Of a stretch of DNA of 64,000 bases, positions 57,322-64,000 are shown in pieces; within the stretch, counting starts at the first letter, position 1; each line of letters opens with the position of its first letter. The notes beneath the pieces are model-generated. The model ran no database searches, had not been told where the DNA came from, and saw only the letters and a program-made list of their open reading frames with translations. Source of the DNA: Clostridia bacterium (lineage in GTDB: Bacteria; Bacillota; Clostridia; Christensenellales; UBA1242); NCBI GenBank assembly GCA_045538455.1, contig JAZSRL010000006.1, positions 131,690 through 195,689 on the forward strand, given 5' to 3'. Both the position numbers and the translations under genes were made by a program.

Positions 57322-58326
57322 ACGGATTTTGTCGAATCGTGCGGTGACGATATGATTAGGAATAGGTTTCATTTTCGCGGCCGGCGTACCGGTACGCGGA
57401 GAATACGGAAAGATGTGCACATGGTCCAATTTTAAGGTTTGAAGATAGTTTAATGTCGTTTCAAAATCGGCTTGAGTTTCGGTTGGGAAGCCCACAATTA
57501 AGTCAGTGCCGAATGTAGCGTTTTTAAACGCTGCACGCAGAGAGGCAATGATTTCCGCGTACTGCGCAGTCGTATAATGACGGTTCATAGCTGCAAGTAC
57601 AGCGTCACTGCCCGATTGTAAACAAATATGAAAATGTGGCACAAAGTGAGTACACTGCCGCAGTGTGTCAATTAACTGCGGGGTCATCATGGGCGGTTCC
57701 AGACTGGAAATCTCCCACGCAATACCGCAAGCGTCAACAGCGCGACACAGCTCATCAAAATGCGGATAGTAACACAAATTAATGCCGCACAGTACCACGG
57801 AAGTTACATGCGAACCTTGGGCTTTAATTTCGGCAACGACTTCATCAATCGGACGATACGACAATTTATTTCGCAGGTGCGGAATAATACAATAGGTACA
57901 AAAATTTTGGCAGCCATCTTGAACCTTGATAAACGCTTTTTCGCGGCGGTGATGCACGGTCACGGCATCGGTGACTCGGGACTGCCCCGCTTTGATTTTA
58001 TCCGCGATTTCCAGTGCCACCATTTCCGGTGTCTTACGACCAAAGGCGCAACCCATGCCAACCAAGATAGCCTGTGGGTGATATTTCTTTATCTTAGAAA
58101 CGCCGTAACGGGACTTCTTTTCCGCCATACTGGTCACCGCACATGAATTTACCACAAAACCCGCAGCGTGCGGCAGACGCGAAATGGCGCCGTCTGTGAC
58201 CATCTGATTTGGGATACCCATGGCGTCCAGTTGCGAGGCTACGGCTTCACTTTCGTAATAATTAACTTTACAACCGTAAGTGATAATGTAGACTAACGGT
58301 GCTTGACTTTGCATATCAAACAGCAT
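57304..58326 (-). CDS. Radical-SAM methylthiotransferase (MtaB/MiaB family), apparently lacking the TRAM domain
   Basis: MTTase N-domain 'YIITYGCKVNYYESEA' and radical-SAM cluster 'VQDGCQNFCTYCIIPHLRN'. The ORF ends at 340 aa, where family members normally continue into a 60-70-aa TRAM domain. Confidence 0.7.
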   Translation of the reverse strand: MLFDMQSQAPLVYIITYGCKVNYYESEAVASQLDAMGIPNQMVTDGAISRLPHAAGFVVNSCAVTSMAEKKSRYGVSKIKKYHPQAILVGMGCAFGRKTPEMVALEIADKIKAGQSRVTDAVTVHHRREKAFIKVQDGCQNFCTYCIIPHLRNKLSYRPIDEVVAEIKAQGSHVTSVVLCGINLCYYPHFDELCRAVDACGIAWEISSLEPPMMTPQLIDTLRQCTHFVPHFHICLQSGSDAVLAAMNRHYTTAQYAEIIASLRAAFKNATFGTDLIVGFPTETQADFETTLNYLQTLKLDHVHIFPYSPRTGTPAAKMKPIPNHIVTARFDKIRFTLFR

Positions 58327-58369
58327 ATACTATCACCATTATTTTGTAAATTAAAAGCGGGGTGAGAAA

Positions 58370-58567
58370 ATGAGTCAAGTTATCGTTGGCGAAAACGAAA
58401 GTTTGGAAAACGCTTTAAAGCGCTTCAAACGCAAAGTTCAAAAAGACGGTATTATCGCTGATATGAAGCGTAAAGAAGAATATGTAAAACCAAGCGTTGC
58501 CCGTAAATTGAAAAGCGCTAATGCTCGCAAACGCGCACACAAAGAAGCTCGTGGCGGAAAAATTTAA
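58370..58567 (+). CDS. rpsU: 30S ribosomal protein S21
   Basis: '[48 protein letters not shown]'; SD GGGGTGAG. Confidence 0.9.
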   Translation: MSQVIVGENESLENALKRFKRKVQKDGIIADMKRKEEYVKPSVARKLKSANARKRAHKEARGGKI

Positions 58568-58586
58568 TGCACTACATTTCTTCAAT

Positions 58587-58622
58587 AAAAAAAAGACTGC
58601 TTGATTTGGCAGTCTTTTTTGT
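58587..58622. terminator. Bidirectional terminator between convergent rpsU and rny
   Basis: Stem GACTGC (58595-58600) / GCAGTC (58609-58614), extended by A/T pairs, with T-runs on both strands. Confidence 0.75.
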
Positions 58623-58637
58623 TGTCTTTTTAACCGT

Positions 58638-60197
58638 TTATTTAGCCGTTTCAATGGCACGCGTTTCACGGATAACATTGACTTTGATTTGGCCTGGGTA
58701 TTGTAAATTGTTTTCAATTTCTTTCGCAATTTCTTTCGCCATGAACAAAGCTTGGCTATCAGAAACTTCGTCTGGCTTAACAATGACACGGACTTCGCGA
58801 CCAGCCGAAATTGCATAACATTTATCCACGCCACTCTTAGCTTTACAAATATCTTCCAAGTCGTGCAAGCGTTTAATATAGTTTTCCAAGTTTTCACGAC
58901 GGGCACCCGGACGAGACGAACTGATAGCATCGGCAACTTGCACAATCACTGCTTCGACCGAATGATATGGGACATCGCCATGGTGGGCTTCGATACAGTG
59001 AATTACAGCTTCACTTTCTTTGCAGCGTCTTGCCAATTCCACACCAATTGAAACATGGGTTCCTTCGACTTCGTGGTCAGTAGCTTTACCAATGTCGTGT
59101 AACAAACCTGCACGGCGGCAGACTTGTTCGTTGGCACCTAATTCAACCGCTAACATACCGGCAAGCAATGAAACTTCCACGCTGTGCTTCAAAACATTTT
59201 GGCCATAACTGTAACGGAATTTTAAACGCCCCAAGTGCTTAATAATTTCCATCGGCAAGCCATTGACTTTAGCATCGTAAGCGGCATGCTCACCCACATT
59301 CTTACAATTTTGCTCCATGTCTTTTTTGGTACGCTCAACAATTTCTTCGATACGCGCCGGATTAACACGGCCGTCCATAATTAATTTTTCCAATGCTAAA
59401 CGCGCAACTTCGCGGCGGTATGGATCAAACGAAGAAACAGTAATCACATCTGGCGTATCATCAATAATCAAGTCGACACCAGTTGCGGCTTCAATTGAAC
59501 GAATGTTACGACCTTCTTTACCAATCAAACGACCTTTGATTTCGTCACCAGAAATGGTAACCGAAGATGTGGTAATTTCGTTGCTGGTATCCGTAGAAAG
59601 TCGTTGTACTGCGTTTGTAATAATTTCACGAGCTTTACTGTCCGCATTTTCTTTCGCGTCCTCTTCAATTTCACGAATCATTTTTGCAGCATCAGCTTTA
59701 GCTTCGTCAGTCAAATTCTCAATGATTAATTTTTTGGCTTCGGTTTTAGTTAAACCCGAAATTTTTTCCAATTGGCTGACAGCATCGGCTTTGGTTTTTT
59801 CAATAGCTTCCAAATTGTTTTGAACTTGTTTTTTGGTTTCTTCAATTTGGCCGCGTAATTTTTCCAAAGCCAATTCTTTGTTTTCCAAATTTTCTTCGCG
59901 TTTACCAATTTGTTCTTCGCGCGTAAAAATATGAGATTCCATGCGTTGAATTTCCGCACGGCGTTCTCTAATTTCATTATCGCATTCGACTTTTAATTTG
60001 TGTGCTTCTTCCTTGGCTTCTAACAAGGCTTCCTTTTTCACCGTGGCAGCTTCGCTAATCGCTTTCTTTGCCAATTCACTGGCTGCAAGACGATTCTTTT
60101 TCATTGTATTAGATTGGAGTATATAACATAAGAACCAACCGATACCCGCACCTAATACCAGACCCACGATGAGTAGGATAATTGCTAATCCATTCAT
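58638..60197 (-). CDS. rny: Ribonuclease Y
   Basis: N-terminal TM, coiled coil, KH domain ('GRLIGKEGRNIRSIE') and HD domain ('GLLHDIGKA'). SD AAAGGAGAA. Confidence 0.92.
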   Translation of the reverse strand: MNGLAIILLIVGLVLGAGIGWFLCYILQSNTMKKNRLAASELAKKAISEAATVKKEALLEAKEEAHKLKVECDNEIRERRAEIQRMESHIFTREEQIGKREENLENKELALEKLRGQIEETKKQVQNNLEAIEKTKADAVSQLEKISGLTKTEAKKLIIENLTDEAKADAAKMIREIEEDAKENADSKAREIITNAVQRLSTDTSNEITTSSVTISGDEIKGRLIGKEGRNIRSIEAATGVDLIIDDTPDVITVSSFDPYRREVARLALEKLIMDGRVNPARIEEIVERTKKDMEQNCKNVGEHAAYDAKVNGLPMEIIKHLGRLKFRYSYGQNVLKHSVEVSLLAGMLAVELGANEQVCRRAGLLHDIGKATDHEVEGTHVSIGVELARRCKESEAVIHCIEAHHGDVPYHSVEAVIVQVADAISSSRPGARRENLENYIKRLHDLEDICKAKSGVDKCYAISAGREVRVIVKPDEVSDSQALFMAKEIAKEIENNLQYPGQIKVNVIRETRAIETAK

Positions 60198-60256
60198 CGT
60201 TATTTTCTCCTTTACTTTTTATTAAGTATGTCTCATTATACATTTTGGAGGTGTAT

Positions 60257-60838
60257 ATGTCAAAACATATTCCCAATATCATAACTATTATTCGTATTGC
60301 ACTTTTGCCGTTTGTCTTCTTTTTTTATCTGACAGACTTTGTGCCTTACAGCCAATTCATTGCCATCGCAATTTTCTTGGTTGCCGCAGGTACCGATTTC
60401 TTAGACGGCATGATTGCACGCAAGTATAATTTGGTTTCCAATATTGGAAAATTACTTGACCCGATTGCAGACAAAATGCTGTATTATACTGGTCTCTTCT
60501 TAATCATTGTGACAAACATTTTACCAATTTGGGCATGCGTTATCATCTATATGATTAACCTTTGCCGTGATTTCGCCATTGACTGTTTACGCATGATTGC
60601 TGCTACCAAAGGTTCCGTGTTGGCAGCTAATGTATTCGGCAAGATTAAGACCATCATCGCGTTTGTTGCTACGCCATGGGTTTTATTACAAGGCTGCATT
60701 TCAACGAATTGGGCCGGTTTTACGGCGTTTGCAATCATCGGCTTTGTTTTAATGGCCGCTCAAACATTCTTTTGTCTATTATCTGGGATTATTTATTTAG
60801 CACAAAACCGCAAAGTTTTATCCGATACTAAAGCGTAG
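60257..60838 (+). CDS. pgsA: CDP-diacylglycerol--glycerol-3-phosphate 3-phosphatidyltransferase
   Basis: 'PNIITIIRIALLP' and the CDP-alcohol motif 'DFLDGMIARKYNLVSNIGKLLDPIADK'. The start is moved to ATG 60257, behind GGAGGTG. Confidence 0.85.
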   Translation: MSKHIPNIITIIRIALLPFVFFFYLTDFVPYSQFIAIAIFLVAAGTDFLDGMIARKYNLVSNIGKLLDPIADKMLYYTGLFLIIVTNILPIWACVIIYMINLCRDFAIDCLRMIAATKGSVLAANVFGKIKTIIAFVATPWVLLQGCISTNWAGFTAFAIIGFVLMAAQTFFCLLSGIIYLAQNRKVLSDTKA

Positions 60839-62912
60839 TATCAACACTTACATTGACTTCTAATTTCACAGGCAAGTGGACGGTATTCTCCATTTGCCTT
60901 TTTACTATTTCACTTACGATTTCGACTTCATCTTCCACACAATCAAAGACTAATTCATCATGAATTTGTAAAACCATTAAACTTTTCAAACCGCGTTCGG
61001 TCATTTCTTTGTCGATGTTAATCATAGCTTTTTTAATAATATCTGCCGCACTACCTTGCATTGGCATATTCATTGCTGCACGAGTTGCAAAAGCAACCAC
61101 ATTGTTGTTGTTCGCGTACAATTCAGGTATATAACGACGACGACCAAACATTGTCGATATGTAGCCGTTTTGTTTTGCACTGGACACACATTGATCCAAG
61201 AACGCTTTTACTTTCGGAAAGGTCGTAAAATAATTTTTAATAACTGCTGCAGCTTCATGAAATCCACAATGTAAATCTTTAGCTAAACCAAATGATGATA
61301 TACCATATATAATACCAAAATTAACCGTCTTGGCTTCACGACGACGATTAGCATCACCAAACAACTTTTCCGCAGTTTCACGATGAATATCAGCACCACT
61401 GTTAAACCCTTTAATTAGACTTTCTTCACCAGACAATGCCGCTAATAAACGCAATTCAATTTGTGAATAATCGGCGGACAAAATTTTACCATTCTCAAAA
61501 CGCGAAACAAAGACTTGACGAAATTTCGCACTATCTGTTTTGCGTTGTGGTATGTTTTGCAAATTTGGTTCACTTGATGACAAACGCCCTGTTGCTGTTT
61601 TGTCAACATTAAAAGTAGTGTGGATTAACCCTTCTAAATCAACGGCATTACCATAGCCGCGCACATAGGTCGAATACAATTTATACTTGCCGCGATATTC
61701 CAAAACCTTAGCCGCTAATGGCACAGTCGGCGCTAACTGTGTCAATACTTCTTCATTGGTCGAATAACCGGTTTTAGTTTTCTTGGTTAAGTTTACGCCT
61801 AGCTTGCGTTGCAAGACATCACTCAATTCTTGCGTAGATTTGATATTAAAAGTTTCACCAGCCAAAGCAAAAATCTCGGCTTCCAAACTGGCAATTTCAT
61901 TTTCCAATAGTGCACCTAAGGCGTTTAAAGCCGCTACATCAACTTTAATCCCGTTAATCGACATTTTACTTAAGACCGGCAACACGGCAGCATCTAATGC
62001 CTTGCTTTCGTCTTTAACATCGCCAAACAATGGTGGCACCGGTTTAACAACAGTTGCACCACTAACCCATATATCACGGCGTAACAAACTTTTAAATCCA
62101 GCCTGTTCAAACTTCTTTTTGACATTATCGTCAAATGGAAAAACAAAAGGACAATCAGCAAGTGAAAATTCAATCGGAACATCACAATTAATAGCTGCAA
62201 GTTTTTTTGACATTTCAACTTGCTCAACACAGTCATTAATTTTTTTATTTGCCGCCGATTCAATCACGGATTCAACCGAACCATACTTTTGAATTAAGGC
62301 TACCGCGGTTTTTTCACCAACACCAGCAGCACCAGGGATATTATCACTCTTGTCACCCATCAAGGCTTTTACATCAATTAATTGAGATGGTGTTAAACCG
62401 TATTCTTTTTGGATACGATCCACTGTCCACACATCTAAATTAGTAACTCCTGTCTTTGTTAAATGCAATTCCACATTGGGAGCAACCAACTGTAATCCAT
62501 CGCGGTCAGCAGTTAAATTGATAACCATTGCATCTTTAATTTGTTTTGCGATTGTACCAATAATATCATCGGCTTCATAACCAGCACATTGATAAATTTT
62601 CACTTGCATCGCTTGCAAGATGTCTTTTAATTGATCAAATTGAACAGCCAAATCATCTGGCATCTTGTGACGGTTAGCTTTGTATTGTTGATACATTTTA
62701 TGACGGAAAGTTGGTTGACGCATATCAAAAGCCACGCACACATATTTAACTTTCAAATCCGTAGCGGCTTTGATAAACATATTAAGAAACCCGTAAACAG
62801 CATTTGTTGGCATACCACCAAAACTCAATTCACCGATTTCACCACGCCCACCAAAAGCATAATACGCACGGTTTAACAAACTATTACCATCAATAACTAA
62901 TATTTTATCCAC
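60828..62912 (-). CDS. polA: DNA polymerase I, compact form (5' nuclease plus polymerase, no 3'-5' exonuclease-like domain)
   Basis: 5'-nuclease 'ILVIDGNSLLNRAYYA' and 'LMGDKSDNIPG'. Polymerase motifs are 'DYSQIELRLLAALSG', 'RREAKTVNFGIIYG' and 'QIHDELVF'. It is only 694 aa, and the polymerase thumb region follows the nuclease after about 25 aa. Confidence 0.9.
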   Translation of the reverse strand: MDKILVIDGNSLLNRAYYAFGGRGEIGELSFGGMPTNAVYGFLNMFIKAATDLKVKYVCVAFDMRQPTFRHKMYQQYKANRHKMPDDLAVQFDQLKDILQAMQVKIYQCAGYEADDIIGTIAKQIKDAMVINLTADRDGLQLVAPNVELHLTKTGVTNLDVWTVDRIQKEYGLTPSQLIDVKALMGDKSDNIPGAAGVGEKTAVALIQKYGSVESVIESAANKKINDCVEQVEMSKKLAAINCDVPIEFSLADCPFVFPFDDNVKKKFEQAGFKSLLRRDIWVSGATVVKPVPPLFGDVKDESKALDAAVLPVLSKMSINGIKVDVAALNALGALLENEIASLEAEIFALAGETFNIKSTQELSDVLQRKLGVNLTKKTKTGYSTNEEVLTQLAPTVPLAAKVLEYRGKYKLYSTYVRGYGNAVDLEGLIHTTFNVDKTATGRLSSSEPNLQNIPQRKTDSAKFRQVFVSRFENGKILSADYSQIELRLLAALSGEESLIKGFNSGADIHRETAEKLFGDANRRREAKTVNFGIIYGISSFGLAKDLHCGFHEAAAVIKNYFTTFPKVKAFLDQCVSSAKQNGYISTMFGRRRYIPELYANNNNVVAFATRAAMNMPMQGSAADIIKKAMINIDKEMTERGLKSLMVLQIHDELVFDCVEDEVEIVSEIVKRQMENTVHLPVKLEVNVSVDTTL

Positions 62913-62930
62913 ATTGTTAGTATAGCATAA

Positions 62931-63311
62931 TTACACAACTTCGACATCTTTATTTCTCATACGAATTAAAACCGCCGAAATCACACCGACCAAAGTTTCA
63001 AACAGCAAATCACTTAACGCTCCCAGATTAATAATAAATTGGCCATCTAAAAGAGAAAAAATCAAGAAAGTAATTACCATATAAAAAATACCGACTAAAC
63101 CACCGTACAACCAACCCTTACTTCTTGCCGGTTGCAATGCGATCAACACAGCAACAAAAATGGCAAGTACTTTCACAACCTGCATCACAGGAGAAATTAC
63201 ACTATTGCTTAATCCTGCGACTTGCACAATAAATGCAAAAACTAAAACAAAAAGGAGTGTTGCAATAACTGCACATAACACTCCTTTAAACATACTTTTT
63301 ACCATGGCCAT
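62931..63311 (-). CDS. Small 4-TM membrane protein of unknown function
   Basis: Hydrophobic segments 'GVLCAVIATLLFVLVFAFIV', 'VVKVLAIFVAVLIAL', 'LVGIFYMVITFLIFSLL' and 'LFETLVGVISAVLI'. I am not sure of any family. Confidence 0.5.
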   Translation of the reverse strand: MAMVKSMFKGVLCAVIATLLFVLVFAFIVQVAGLSNSVISPVMQVVKVLAIFVAVLIALQPARSKGWLYGGLVGIFYMVITFLIFSLLDGQFIINLGALSDLLFETLVGVISAVLIRMRNKDVEVV

Positions 63312-63332
63312 TTATATGCCAATTTTTTTTGA

Positions 63333-63581
63333 TTATTCTACTGAGCAGAATTTTTTGTTATTTGCTTTACGAGTAAATTTAACGACACCCGCTTTTTTTG
63401 CAAATAAAGTATGGTCATGACCACAACCTACATTGTCACCGGGTTTTACATCTGTGCCGCGTTGACGAACAATAATAGCACCTGCTTTAGCCATTTGACC
63501 GTCAGCAATCTTCACGCCTAAGCGTTTCGAATTACTGTCTCTTCCATTGGCGGTTGAGCCGCCCCCTTTATGATGAGCCAT
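63333..63581 (-). CDS. rpmA: 50S ribosomal protein L27 (no N-terminal propeptide)
   Basis: '[24 protein letters not shown]...' begins directly at the mature-type N-terminus. Confidence 0.95.
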   Translation of the reverse strand: MAHHKGGGSTANGRDSNSKRLGVKIADGQMAKAGAIIVRQRGTDVKPGDNVGCGHDHTLFAKKAGVVKFTRKANNKKFCSVE

Positions 63582-63583
63582 AC

Positions 63584-63874
63584 TTAGTTATCTCCTCCGA
63601 TTTTAATTTTTGTATAAGGTTGACGATGACCATATTTTTTGCGTACATTATTTTTTGGTTTGTATTTAAAACCATTGATTTTGTCACCTTTACCATGTTC
63701 CACGATGGTGGCTGTTACTTTACCAGGTTTAGTTTCAATCTTACCATTTTCATAAGACATAACTGTAGGCACAACAACTTTGTCGCCAACATTGCCGTCG
63801 ATTTTTTCAACGATAACTTCGTCGCCTGGTTGCACGCGATATTGTTTACCACCTTGCATAATAATTGCGTTCAT
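63584..63874 (-). CDS. rplU: 50S ribosomal protein L21
   Basis: '[25 protein letters not shown]'. The start is set at ATG 63874; the track start is a TTG inside the -35 box. Confidence 0.9.
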   Translation of the reverse strand: MNAIIMQGGKQYRVQPGDEVIVEKIDGNVGDKVVVPTVMSYENGKIETKPGKVTATIVEHGKGDKINGFKYKPKNNVRKKYGHRQPYTKIKIGGDN

Positions 63875-63881
63875 AACGAAC

Positions 63882-63910
63882 ATGATAAAACAAAAAGTCA
63901 TTTTTGTCAA
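63882..63910 (-). promoter_or_regulatory. Candidate rplU-rpmA promoter (leaderless layout)
   Basis: Minus strand: TTGACA (63910-63905), N17, TATCAT (63887-63882), GTTCGTT (7 nt), ATG 63874. Confidence 0.55.
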
Positions 63911-64000
63911 TCATAAATTACATGTTCAAAATCATTATATTATACCTTCGTCCGCAGTTAAATATGACTTCATATTACTTAAAACTTTGCGCTCAATCCG

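Noticed and set aside
58415-58945. A 176-aa minus-strand ORF antisense to rpsU and overlapping the rny 3' end
   Set aside because: It crosses a bidirectional terminator and two well-supported genes, and it has no recognisable motifs.

Overview
This is a 64-kb AT-rich bacterial chromosome segment using standard code 11; TGA is a stop, as in the tmk/holB ATGA overlap. I call about 55 protein genes, mostly on the minus strand, plus tRNA-Phe(GAA) and a CAU-anticodon tRNA. I saw no rRNA, CRISPR array, transposase, integrase or phage genes.

The backbone is housekeeping:
- Cell envelope and lipid: a 5'-truncated class A PBP, murC, pgsA, secG-like.
- Transcription and its regulators: rpoB-rpoC, greA, nrdR.
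- Translation and ribosome: ileS, thrS, prfA-prmC, rsmA, rimM-trmD, rbgA, an mtaB-like gene, rpmE, rpsF-ssb-rpsR, rplM-rpsI, rpsU, rplU-rpmA.
- RNA and DNA metabolism: rnr, rny, polA, tmk-holB, tatD.

Sporulation-family remnants suggest a streamlined Bacillota-like monoderm: a Spo0A C-domain-only protein, SpmA/SpmB, a SpoIVFB-like M50 protease and RicT/YaaT. Taxonomy cannot be fixed from this window.

Main non-routine observations:
1. An 11.7-kb gene encodes a 3,884-aa membrane-anchored surface protein built from about 30 divergent ~100-aa repeats. A 490-aa mini-paralogue lies next to it behind the same promoter motif, and a G7 tract sits early in the giant ORF.
2. Two tandem AT3-type membrane acyltransferase paralogues sit inside the conserved rimM-trmD...rbgA cluster. 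One is interrupted by a G10 tract and would be in frame at G11 or G8. The other lies behind a promoter whose 17-nt spacer is T8-C-T7-G.
3. An orphan ~1,139-aa coiled-coil, membrane-embedded, glycine-zipper protein lies between rpoB and tRNA-Phe. It is preceded by two copies of a perfect 12-bp palindrome.
4. A HEPN-like (Rx4H) plus tandem-CBS protein is divergent from RNase R, with face-to-face overlapping promoters.
5. A recurrent '-35/N17/-10/5-9 nt/ATG' layout with no Shine-Dalgarno occurs at 12 genes, implying leaderless mRNAs alongside classical SD-led genes.
6. Several domain losses or degenerations appear: Pol I without a 3'-5' exo domain, ThrRS without TGS, an MtaB-like protein without TRAM, a degenerate MreB-like protein, and L27 without a propeptide or prp.

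All functional calls rest on by-eye motif recognition; no database search was possible.
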